A DNA stretch of 64,000 nucleotides from a virus (Duplodnaviria; Caudoviricetes), in IMG/VR virus record IMGVR_UViG_3300029288_000152, positions 1 to 64,000 of that record. One strand, given 5' to 3'. Made by a program: the position numbers and the translations under genes. The notes below the pieces were generated by a model. It was not told where the DNA came from and made no database searches. It worked only from the letters and a program-made list of their open reading frames with translations. Below, one piece after another: positions 33,669 through 42,497 of this stretch; positions within the stretch are counted from its first letter, which is position 1; each line of letters starts with the position of its first letter.

Positions 33669-34577
33669 CTAGAAACGTGTCTTGATGTAATCCACAATGC
33701 GCTGGCCATAACCTTTGGGAGGTTCGGCTGGGACTTGGTACCCCAGATTGCGGAGAGCATCCACACTGGCACTGTGCAACTTTTCGTGCCCCCTTAGTGT
33801 ACCCCACTCATAATATTTTCGTGGATCTTGTGCCTGCTCCAAAGCCGATGCACGCAACACTCTCGTAGGCACACTTGGATCCTGTAGTTGCGTACGCATG
33901 GCATTTATTGTACCTGCTGTCCTAGCCCCAACCTCATCTGGATGGTAAAAGTAGGTAACCTTTTCCATGGGTACCTCTTTTGGCCAAGCCTGCAACATGG
34001 ATTCAACCGGCGACCCTGGCATGGACAGCGGAGATGCAGATAATTCTGCCATTCTGTTGAGAGGTCGTCTATACGTGCGGAGGTGGGCTTGAGCACTGTG
34101 AGCTAGCTCATGAGCAGCAGTGTTAGCAGCGTTTTCAGGCAGTACTCCACTGGCCCTTCGCACAGTCTCAGGGCTTATCTCAATAGTACGCTGTCCTGTT
34201 TGTGGGGCGAATCCAAATGTTCCAGAGAATCTGCTGTTGGCTGGCGTTGACTTCATGATGGCAACTTCAGATAGTTGCCGTGGATAACGGGCAGCGAGTA
34301 TTGCGGCACCCTTTTCATACTCAGGGCCTAAGGCTCTAAGCGCTTGAACTGCCTCATCGGTCGCTGCCTGTCTAGCTAGTTTGTTTCCTATAAACTTGGT
34401 AGGAAGCATTCCCAACGCTACAGGGGCCGATAACGGATTCATAGGACCTAGCAACTCAGATTTTGGATCACTGTACCCTGTCAAGTCCAAGGCAGTTTTT
34501 AGCCCACGCTGCCAAGCGGGATCCATAACACTAGGGGACGTTACCCAATTTGGGCGAGGATCTGAGTAAACTGGCAT
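33669..34577 (-). CDS. Hypothetical protein with an HExxH zinc-metallopeptidase-like motif
   Basis: TAAHELAHSAQ, with a downstream PDEVGAR Glu. Confidence 0.55.
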   Translation of the reverse strand: MPVYSDPRPNWVTSPSVMDPAWQRGLKTALDLTGYSDPKSELLGPMNPLSAPVALGMLPTKFIGNKLARQAATDEAVQALRALGPEYEKGAAILAARYPRQLSEVAIMKSTPANSRFSGTFGFAPQTGQRTIEISPETVRRASGVLPENAANTAAHELAHSAQAHLRTYRRPLNRMAELSASPLSMPGSPVESMLQAWPKEVPMEKVTYFYHPDEVGARTAGTINAMRTQLQDPSVPTRVLRASALEQAQDPRKYYEWGTLRGHEKLHSASVDALRNLGYQVPAEPPKGYGQRIVDYIKTRF

Positions 34578-34883
34578 CTACTTCCTCGCAAACTTCTGGA
34601 ACACGCCCCAGCCCATGTCGGGGAGGCGTTTGAGGATTTCACCGGCTTTGATCGCCATGGGGGAGAGTTGGCGTCGAGCGGCATTATAGAGTTGTTCACC
34701 ACCTACTGGAGTATATTCAGGTAGCACCTCACCAAGGGTCTGCATGGCTGGTCTGACCTTCTGGAGTCCTGCTATGGCAGGCCCAACCACAGACATGGGA
34801 GTGGGCGCGAAGTCTGAGACATCAGGGGTGTAGGGAGATTCCTTGCCAGTGAAGGGGTTGAGAGGACGGCGCATGGTAGGCAT
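34578..34883 (-). CDS. Hypothetical Pro-rich protein
   Basis: Tight packing in the late operon. Confidence 0.55.
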   Translation of the reverse strand: MPTMRRPLNPFTGKESPYTPDVSDFAPTPMSVVGPAIAGLQKVRPAMQTLGEVLPEYTPVGGEQLYNAARRQLSPMAIKAGEILKRLPDMGWGVFQKFARK

Positions 34884-34886
34884 GTC

Positions 34887-35372
34887 TTATCTCATGAACT
34901 GCAATGCGCGATCAATCCAGCCATTCAGGAATCTGACTTGGTTCACCGTGCGGCTCACAATCCTCCCAATCAGCCTGACTCTTGCCGCGACCAACTGATT
35001 GTTAACTTTGATGGCATCCTGCTTGGATAGGGCATCCAACGTGATAGGCCCCAGTATGCCATCTACCTTCACCTTCAGGATCTCTTGGAGCTTCTGAATG
35101 GCGATCAAGGGGCCGCTGGTTACTGACATGTCTAGCAGTTGGTTGCGTAGATGATCATCAAGAACCTGATCTAGATGCGTCCCACGCAAGTACTTCCGCT
35201 CATAAATCTCCCGCGCCTCCGCCTCCGTGACCTTCCCATCCTTCCATGCCTCGGGATTGGCCTTCTCGCTAATCCCATACTGAGTGCGCTTCCCAGCATC
35301 GACAGGATCATTGCTGGGTGGCCCTTCCCGCTTGATTACGTCACCAATCGTGTCCGATACGCTGAACGCCAT
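34887..35372 (-). CDS. Endolysin, glycosyl hydrolase family 108 with a peptidoglycan-binding domain
   Basis: IKREG...NDPVDAGKRTQYGIS...VDGILGPITL...FLNGWIDR. Confidence 0.85.
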   Translation of the reverse strand: MAFSVSDTIGDVIKREGPPSNDPVDAGKRTQYGISEKANPEAWKDGKVTEAEAREIYERKYLRGTHLDQVLDDHLRNQLLDMSVTSGPLIAIQKLQEILKVKVDGILGPITLDALSKQDAIKVNNQLVAARVRLIGRIVSRTVNQVRFLNGWIDRALQFMR

Positions 35373-35380
35373 GTAACCTC

Positions 35381-35698
35381 CTACGGTGTAGAGTGCCCAT
35401 TCGTCTTCGCCTGCAACCAAGTGAGTGCCATCTGAATGTCCGATTGCTGCTTCACGATTTCATGTCGGGTCTGATTGATGTTGAGTTCGATGCCTTGCAC
35501 GCCCTTTTCAATCCGCTCCAAGCAGCCTTGGATCTCATGGAGATGATTAGCAGCCAGGATCTCCTGATCCTTCTTGATCTTGCCCAGTCCCCCACCGCGC
35601 CAGACGAGGACGTAGATGATCACACCCAAGAGCGCAATGACCGCAATCGGGGTAGCCGCATTGAGGATCGTGAAGAGTTCTGCAATGAAGTTAAGCAT
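35381..35698 (-). CDS. Holin-like membrane protein
   Basis: N-terminal transmembrane segment followed by a coiled coil; directly upstream of the endolysin. Confidence 0.55.
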   Translation of the reverse strand: MLNFIAELFTILNAATPIAVIALLGVIIYVLVWRGGGLGKIKKDQEILAANHLHEIQGCLERIEKGVQGIELNINQTRHEIVKQQSDIQMALTWLQAKTNGHSTP

Positions 35699-38600
35699 CA
35701 CTTGACCTTTGGAAAGAGACGGTTGAATTCGGATGGCTGTTGCCCCTTCAGCCACTTCAGGAACGGACCTATCGACTCTCTAAGCACAGCCGGATAGGCC
35801 CCACGTGGCACCTCAGCCGTGCGTGGAGCTTGCAGGAACCTGCCCCACTCCAGCAAAGGGTCTCCTGATGGGAGGGGCAGTGCATTCATGGCTCCCCTAA
35901 CCAAGCCTTGCGTCATGGGCCGTCCAGCCCGTCTTGCCTGTCCGACTGTGAAGCCGACCGCCACGGGCGCACTGTACTGCCCCCCAAGATTGGTCAGATA
36001 ACGGCGGTAGGTTCGAGCCTGTTCCGGTGTGAGATGTTCCCCAATCTGCTCTGCCCCTAGCGCACTTCCTACACCCATACCTTGTCTAACCAGTTGCGTC
36101 CGCACTGATGCAGGCGGCGCTCCCGGCAAAGCTTGAAGCAGCGATCCCAATCCCGGCGTCCGCAACCCACCCTGCTCAGCGATGTTGATAGGCGTCCGCT
36201 TGAATGGGAAGAGCATGTTCCAGAGCCAACTTTTGAGACTCGCTCCGCCATGCCCCCAGCGGGTAAAAGGTTCGCTGGTGAGCGTGATACGTCGAGCCTC
36301 ATCACCACTAAATCCTGCTCGCTCCAAGAAGCGCCGCGCCGTCACGTCTCCAGCCGTCATCGCTACACCGGGAAGGGCGAGATAGCCTTCAGCTTGTCTA
36401 CCCAGCTTTCCGCCTATGACCTCCGCACGGCCTACGGCTGCCCCTTCCTGCGCATGCGCGATAAGGGATGCTGCTTCATCAAAGGCTTTGGGGTACTCTT
36501 TGGCAAACGCCATCGGAGTCATTTCACGCAAGACTTGCCAACCTCTGGAATCTCCTGACAAGACATGTTCGATGGCAGACATGTAAGCCGAGCCATAAGG
36601 ACCAAAGAGGGCGTTAGCAGGCAACCCAATAGGACTAGCCAAGTAGTTGAACCGCTGGATGGCAGGCATGGATTCCGCGATGCGTTTGGCAGCCTCCTTG
36701 ATACCTCCAGATGTCTGAACTTGCGTCTCCAAGTTGGCGAGTGCTTCAGGCTTGGCTCCTAGCTGGGTGAGACCCTTCACAATGCCGGGAAGGGATGGGA
36801 GCGCCGCACCTGCCACACCCCCCATGACCGCCCCAGCAAGGGGATCCTCAGGAGTCATCGTGCCACCAGCGAGGGCCCCGGCTGTGCCTAACCCCAATCG
36901 TGCCAACAGTTTAGGGCTGATAGCACCCTTCTGACCTTCCTTTAGACTCTGGAATAATGCACGCCCTGGATTGATGGCAGGGGGAGTAGGAGCCACATTC
37001 GCACCCTGCGCTGCAACCTTGGCCTCCTGAGCGGCTTGGATTTCAGCCTCTACTTGTTTCATCCAGTCATCGGATGCCGCTGCAACAGGGGCCACTTCAG
37101 GAACCGCTGCTTCCACTGCACGTGCAGCAGTAGGCGCTCCTGGAGCGTACTCAGCAGGAGGCACATACGGCTTCCCTGCTAATCTCTCATCAATGTGTGA
37201 CCGCTGACGAATGGCCTTCTCCAGTTCTCCCTTTCCCTCAGGCATGAGGAGTTTCTTGATTTGCGTGATTCTCGCACCAGGAGCGTACTGTTGTGCCTTC
37301 TCCGTAGCGAGATCAACTGTACTGACTCCTGGACGGAGTAGGTGAGCACTGGGATTAGGAGGAATGGCATAGTTCCCCATCTGAGTGGGGAGGTTCTCCT
37401 CAGGGAGGACATTGAGCAGCTTGGCAAGAGGAGTGGTGATGGCTGGTTCCGTGGCCGCTTGCTGTGCCGCAATCTGCGCCTGTTGGTCAGCGAGGAAGGC
37501 TTCACGCGCCATAGGAGTGGACTCAGGAACTTTCCTCCCAAACATCTCACCAATGCGATCCGCTTTAGCCGCAACCGCACCAGCCGCTTCCTCAGGATTG
37601 AATGGAGGATATTGAGGAACTTGGAGTCCCTTGCTGATGACTGCTTCCTCACCAATAGTTGTGCTGCCTCCGGGAAGGGTGAAGTAGGGTTGAGGTGCAA
37701 CACCTGCCTCAGCAGGAGTCCAACCAGCAAACTTGACTTCAGCCGCTTCGGGGGCTTTAGCCGCCGTGCCAAACATCCGGCCTAGTGGTGTAGTCGGGTC
37801 CGTGCGATGAGCTAGACGTGCCGCTAGAAGCGCTCTAGACTCTTCTAGAGTAACGCGAGGAGCCTGAGGTGTAGCTAGTGTTGGATCGAGATCGTTGACA
37901 ATAGGTGCCTTTGTCGTCTTCTTGGGAGGTTTCAAAGGTGTCCGCATACTGAGGGTTCCAACGCCCTCAACGTCAGGCGCACTCACGCTCTCCGAAACAG
38001 CCGGTCTACCTCTAGTCAGCCTGCCTTCTTCAATGGCGGTAGTGATCGCCGCTTGGCGGTCAGCTATAAGGTCAGCCTTCTCTTGGGCCGCAGCCGCTTT
38101 TGCTGCAGCAGTTTCCTCCTTCGCCACAATCCTCTGGACGCGAGGGGATTCTAACGCAGTGGCCTGTCTAGTGTAAGGAATCCTAGCCGCCCCCTCCACC
38201 GTAGGCGTGCCGTACTTCTCCCCAAACATCTCCGCACCACGGAGGATGGTCGGTGGAGCCGGACCCACCTTGGCTCCAAGTCGCCCCATCAATGCCGTCA
38301 ATCCCCCAGCCGTGCCAGCGCCAAGTCCAGCTGACAGTGCTATCTCACTAGGGTCTGGGAGTTCCTGCTGTTCCACCACACTCCGAACGACTGGGGCGGC
38401 TCCTGAGAGCATTGCACCCTCAATAGCCGCTCTCAATGGTTTCCCAGCCAATCGCCCAATGCGAGACACCAACCCCCCACCCAGCAAGCCCACACCGGCT
38501 TCACCCGCGATCCGCGCCGGACTGAGTGGAGTCTCTTCGAGCAGTTCCCCAGCGGTCTCCCCGAGCGCACCCCCAATGGCTCCCGTGACAGGGGTGAGGC

Positions 38601-38742
38601 CCATGAGGGCTCCAGCACCTCTCGCCCCCATCGCCAAGTAGCGACGGAGATCACTCACCTGAGGTTGGGCTGGAGCAGCGTCGGCTGCCCTCTGGGCTTC
38701 GAGGTAGAGTGCGAGATTACTCTTTCGCCGTTGTGGAGGCAT
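35698..38742 (-). CDS. Large Ala/Pro/Gly-rich internal virion (DNA ejection-like) protein
   Basis: 1014 aa; low complexity with Gly-rich hydrophobic hairpins; lies after the tail genes. Confidence 0.55.
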   Translation of the reverse strand: MPPQRRKSNLALYLEAQRAADAAPAQPQVSDLRRYLAMGARGAGALMGLTPVTGAIGGALGETAGELLEETPLSPARIAGEAGVGLLGGGLVSRIGRLAGKPLRAAIEGAMLSGAAPVVRSVVEQQELPDPSEIALSAGLGAGTAGGLTALMGRLGAKVGPAPPTILRGAEMFGEKYGTPTVEGAARIPYTRQATALESPRVQRIVAKEETAAAKAAAAQEKADLIADRQAAITTAIEEGRLTRGRPAVSESVSAPDVEGVGTLSMRTPLKPPKKTTKAPIVNDLDPTLATPQAPRVTLEESRALLAARLAHRTDPTTPLGRMFGTAAKAPEAAEVKFAGWTPAEAGVAPQPYFTLPGGSTTIGEEAVISKGLQVPQYPPFNPEEAAGAVAAKADRIGEMFGRKVPESTPMAREAFLADQQAQIAAQQAATEPAITTPLAKLLNVLPEENLPTQMGNYAIPPNPSAHLLRPGVSTVDLATEKAQQYAPGARITQIKKLLMPEGKGELEKAIRQRSHIDERLAGKPYVPPAEYAPGAPTAARAVEAAVPEVAPVAAASDDWMKQVEAEIQAAQEAKVAAQGANVAPTPPAINPGRALFQSLKEGQKGAISPKLLARLGLGTAGALAGGTMTPEDPLAGAVMGGVAGAALPSLPGIVKGLTQLGAKPEALANLETQVQTSGGIKEAAKRIAESMPAIQRFNYLASPIGLPANALFGPYGSAYMSAIEHVLSGDSRGWQVLREMTPMAFAKEYPKAFDEAASLIAHAQEGAAVGRAEVIGGKLGRQAEGYLALPGVAMTAGDVTARRFLERAGFSGDEARRITLTSEPFTRWGHGGASLKSWLWNMLFPFKRTPINIAEQGGLRTPGLGSLLQALPGAPPASVRTQLVRQGMGVGSALGAEQIGEHLTPEQARTYRRYLTNLGGQYSAPVAVGFTVGQARRAGRPMTQGLVRGAMNALPLPSGDPLLEWGRFLQAPRTAEVPRGAYPAVLRESIGPFLKWLKGQQPSEFNRLFPKVK

Positions 38743-39818
38743 TACTGCTCCTCTTCAAACTCACTCATATCCACGTCTTCGAGGTCGCCCAGCGTGGCCA
38801 GCAACAGGCCCTGCAGTTGGGCAGCCACTGCCTGCCCTTCATCTGTGGCACCCTGCGCACTGCTCATGAGTCGAGAGAGCGCGGTTGCTAGTTGCCCAGC
38901 ATAGGCAATCTTGCTCGATTTCTCGGCTTGTGCAGCGCGACTGCCTTCCACTCCGAGCCGACTCTTGGCACCAGCCACTTGCCCTTGGAACTGAGCCTCG
39001 CCATACGCTGCTTGAGGCATGGCTGCTCGACGGGCCTTGGCTTCCAACGCACCAAAGACCGCAGGATGTGCAGCGGTCAATCCGGCCATGATCTCTTCCT
39101 GCTGCTTCCGGGCTTGGAGACGATTGTAGTCCTCAGGTTCCAAGCGTTCCTTCAACTCATCCTGCCAATACTGAGTCACGCCGGGAGCTGTGGTGCCCGG
39201 TTCAGCATTGGCGAGGCGCATCAACTCTTCAAGATTTCCCATACTCCCACCCACATCGGCTATGGTAGTGGGTACACCGTATCCTCCACTTGGCCCTGCA
39301 CTGGCACGTTGAGTCCCAGATGTTATGCCCCCACCAGGGATATAAGGTTTATCTTGGTACTCAGTCGATTCCAAACCTTGTAGGGCACCCATAGAACCCA
39401 TCTCAGCTCGCTTGTTCGCTGCGGCTTTCTGGGATTCAGGAGTGGATAGAGTCATCCCTGTTCCGCCTGCCATAACTGTCGGATTGTAGGCGGAAGGTAC
39501 TCCGCTACCCTTCTCAGGAGGGAGAAGCTCACTGACCTCTCCCATCGCAGGATACGATGTCGCGCTTGGCCAATCAGCGGTAGGTGGCTCAGTCAAGGAT
39601 GGCTTTGGGGGGGCCGTAGTAGCCCACTGACCCGCTTTCTGCAACGCATCGAGCGCAGCATCCATGGTGCGCGTCGGCAAGCTGAAAACTCGGCCAATAG
39701 GAGACTCTGGAGGGAACATAGGGGCAGGCGGAACCGTAGCCACTTCAGGCTCTATGCCTGCTTGTGTGGCTAATTGCCACTCACGAGCGGTTCGAGGAGG
39801 TCTCTGTGGATCTGCCAT
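38742..39818 (-). CDS. Putative internal virion protein
   Basis: Low complexity; position in the ejection cluster. Confidence 0.5.
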   Translation of the reverse strand: MADPQRPPRTAREWQLATQAGIEPEVATVPPAPMFPPESPIGRVFSLPTRTMDAALDALQKAGQWATTAPPKPSLTEPPTADWPSATSYPAMGEVSELLPPEKGSGVPSAYNPTVMAGGTGMTLSTPESQKAAANKRAEMGSMGALQGLESTEYQDKPYIPGGGITSGTQRASAGPSGGYGVPTTIADVGGSMGNLEELMRLANAEPGTTAPGVTQYWQDELKERLEPEDYNRLQARKQQEEIMAGLTAAHPAVFGALEAKARRAAMPQAAYGEAQFQGQVAGAKSRLGVEGSRAAQAEKSSKIAYAGQLATALSRLMSSAQGATDEGQAVAAQLQGLLLATLGDLEDVDMSEFEEEQ

Positions 39819-39823
39819 AATAG

Positions 39824-40225
39824 TTACCTTCCGGCTCGCTTCAAGCCTGCCAGAGCTAGTTCATACATGCTCATGCGTGGAGAAACCCCCGGCATAAGCC
39901 CTGCCGTGGTGAGCGTGTCCGCTCCCGGCTGGAAAGAGTCCTGCTGAGGATTGAGCTTAACCTTACCCGATGGCGCTGCCCCACTCTGCCGTTGTGTGGC
40001 ATCAATGTAGCGTGCCCAGAGGGGCTGGCTGGCACTCAAGTCTCGTCCAAAGGGGCCTTGCGTGGTATCTTCAGGCCCGAAGTATCCCGGCACATACTGC
40101 TTCGGGGCTTGGGTCTGGGGCACATCAAGACTGGGATCGGACCAGATGGTGGGCGGATTGTCTCCTGCCACAGCCCCACCGACACCCGTGATCGGCATGT
40201 AGGGTTTATTGAGTCGGATCGCCAT
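39824..40225 (-). CDS. Hypothetical late protein
   Basis: TAATG overlap with the upstream ORF. Confidence 0.5.
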   Translation of the reverse strand: MAIRLNKPYMPITGVGGAVAGDNPPTIWSDPSLDVPQTQAPKQYVPGYFGPEDTTQGPFGRDLSASQPLWARYIDATQRQSGAAPSGKVKLNPQQDSFQPGADTLTTAGLMPGVSPRMSMYELALAGLKRAGR

Positions 40226-40386
40226 TACTTCTTCTCCTTCAAGAGCGTCTCAATCGCGGCGAGGCGGTCGAGCAGTCCCGATCCCTTAGCCTTGGGCTGC
40301 CGAATGGTCTTGAGGGCATCAGCGGCTTCCTGCCAGTTACACGGGGCTGGAGATGTGCCATAGGTCCAAGGTTTGATCGGTTTCAT
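40225..40386 (-). CDS. Hypothetical 53-aa protein, not in the ORF track
   Basis: MKPIKPWTYGTSPAPCNWQEAADALKTIRQPKAKGSGLLDRLAAIETLLKEKK*; fills the gap exactly. Confidence 0.55.
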   Translation of the reverse strand: MKPIKPWTYGTSPAPCNWQEAADALKTIRQPKAKGSGLLDRLAAIETLLKEKK

Positions 40387-40911
40387 CTAGTAGATCCTTC
40401 TCAACTGGGCGAGGATGTTGTCATACTGGGGGGGAATGCGCTGTCCAATGCCCAAGCCGAGTTCATCAGCCATGGGGATGGACGTAATGGGTGTGGACTC
40501 TACAGCGGCTTGTAGGCCCGCCAACGCCGCCGAGTCAACGGGTGCATTGGTCCCAGCCGCTGCTGGCAGACCCCCTCCCCCCGCTATGGGTTCAGCGACA
40601 GGTGCCGGGGTGGGTTCAGGCGCTGGCGCTGGAGTAGGAGTGGTTGGAGCCGTCGGTGCAGCTGGAAGAGGCGCAGCCGCCTTGCGCGTCTGGTACTCAT
40701 CGTACATCGCCTTGTTCTTCCAGACCGTGCCATCAGGCGCATGATAGTTCGAGGCCCCGCCGCCATCTGCCGCATGCTGCAACCCCGCGACTGGCTGTGA
40801 TGCGCCTGCCTGTGTAGATGAAGCCGGTTGTTCCGGCGTGGCTTGCGGCCTGCCTTGCCGAGGAAACTGGCTGGACGGCGTTTGCCGCCGAGGGAGAACA
40901 AGTCCACCCAT
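40387..40911 (-). CDS. Pro/Ala-rich hypothetical late protein
   Basis: 1-nt gap to the upstream stop and abuts the downstream start. Confidence 0.5.
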   Translation of the reverse strand: MGGLVLPRRQTPSSQFPRQGRPQATPEQPASSTQAGASQPVAGLQHAADGGGASNYHAPDGTVWKNKAMYDEYQTRKAAAPLPAAPTAPTTPTPAPAPEPTPAPVAEPIAGGGGLPAAAGTNAPVDSAALAGLQAAVESTPITSIPMADELGLGIGQRIPPQYDNILAQLRRIY

Positions 40912-40912
40912 C

Positions 40913-41527
40913 TTAGTACCTACCCGTCATCAAACCCTTTTTGGCCTGTTCGGCCAAGTAATCTTGCTGCTGAACTTGATCCTGCATCGAGGTGCGCTTC
41001 TGGGCTTCCTGCATGGCCGCAGGATTGGCCCCACCAAGCGTCTCATTCACCCGTGTTTCTGGAGTAGGAGCCGCTGCCTGCAGTCCAGTCAAGGCTGGGG
41101 CAGGAGGATTGCTGGCACCCGGAGGTGTAATGCCCCATGCCGCAGACATGTCGAAGGAGGGAGGCGGCGCAGTAGGAGACATGACGGCAGATTTCTGCAC
41201 ATCATATGGTCTCGCTAACGCAGGCTCTTCTTGAGTAGTAGCACCACCAGCCACGTTGATGTATGGTCTCGATTGAGCGATCTGAGGAACCGCAGGAAGC
41301 GCAGCGGGTGGCACTCGCGTCCCAGCATCAATCGGTAGCGGTGTCGGTCCCGGACTGCCCATCCGTGGCCCCATCTGAGGGGGAAGGGCTGGCAAGGGCT
41401 TGGGCTTCGCGACAGGTGGGCGGGTCGTGACGACACCGGGACTAGGCGTGGTTGGAGATCCTCCCCCCGCCCACTGCCAGTCATTCTGCTCCTTGCCCGA
41501 TTCCCCTTGCTTCTTTGTCCACGCCAT
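40913..41527 (-). CDS. Pro-rich hypothetical late protein
   Basis: Tight packing. Confidence 0.5.
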   Translation of the reverse strand: MAWTKKQGESGKEQNDWQWAGGGSPTTPSPGVVTTRPPVAKPKPLPALPPQMGPRMGSPGPTPLPIDAGTRVPPAALPAVPQIAQSRPYINVAGGATTQEEPALARPYDVQKSAVMSPTAPPPSFDMSAAWGITPPGASNPPAPALTGLQAAAPTPETRVNETLGGANPAAMQEAQKRTSMQDQVQQQDYLAEQAKKGLMTGRY

Positions 41528-41528
41528 C

Positions 41529-42398
41529 TTAGTACCTCGCTGAGAACAAGCCTAGTAGGGATGGGGCGAGACTGATATTCTGTCCCCGTTGCGTGATGCC
41601 CCCCTGATACTTCGTCTTGGCGATGTCGAGTTGGCTTGCCACATCCTGAATGGCCTGTTCCCGTGCCACATCGCTCAACTCACCGGCTCCCGCACCCATC
41701 AAGCCACGCGTGTTGGCAGCTTCAATGCCTGAGCCTTCAATCCCTCTCCCGACCATCTGGTTCTGGAGGGCATCGAGTGCCCCTCGATACGTGTTGGCCG
41801 TGCGATCCTTGGCCCGGAGCCAAGCGGCATTTGACGCCGCAGAGGTGTCAGGGAATTCGACGCCCCCTCCACCAGTGGTCGTTGTGTCACTGCTACTCCC
41901 CATCCCAATGGCATCCATGATCTTGGGCAGTTGCCCTAAACGCCGAGACTCAGCTTGGGCTTGTAGAGCGGCTTCCGCATTTTCCTGCTGCTCAGCCAAC
42001 TGTTGGGCCTGCGTCCGCCCAGCCATCTCGATCTCGCCCTGCTGAGTCCGAGCACCAGTATCAATCTCCCCCTGCTGGGTGCGAGCCGCTGTGCCAAACC
42101 CCGCAGCCTGTGCTGCCGCTGTCGCATCCAGAGCAGCCTGCTGCTCAGCTAAGGCTCGCTGGGCATCTGTCTGCACACCCGTGGATGCCTTCAATCCCGT
42201 CAAGGCTGGAGACTCCTGCCCCGGAGAGATGGGCGCATACTGGGCAGGCCCTCCGGCATAGTTCCCTGCCGTCGCAGGGCTGGTCGTTTGAGTGACCTGT
42301 GCCTGCTCCTTGGCCTTCGCCGCTGCTTGGGCTGCTGCATAGGATTCTACATCCCTGTAGTACTTGCCCCCCACCGACCCACCAGTAAACATGCCCAT
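41529..42398 (-). CDS. Gln/Ala-rich pilot/ejection-like protein
   Basis: Repeated ARTQQGEI; GxxGSG...QRGQNI pattern. Confidence 0.55.
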   Translation of the reverse strand: MGMFTGGSVGGKYYRDVESYAAAQAAAKAKEQAQVTQTTSPATAGNYAGGPAQYAPISPGQESPALTGLKASTGVQTDAQRALAEQQAALDATAAAQAAGFGTAARTQQGEIDTGARTQQGEIEMAGRTQAQQLAEQQENAEAALQAQAESRRLGQLPKIMDAIGMGSSSDTTTTGGGGVEFPDTSAASNAAWLRAKDRTANTYRGALDALQNQMVGRGIEGSGIEAANTRGLMGAGAGELSDVAREQAIQDVASQLDIAKTKYQGGITQRGQNISLAPSLLGLFSARY

Positions 42399-42497
42399 AA
42401 TCTTTTCCTTTACTCAAAGGTCCAAGTGCCATCCAAGCTAGGTTCCGCGAAGGTCAACGCGTCGAGGGTGATGGTTAGAACCATATAGATACCCCTC

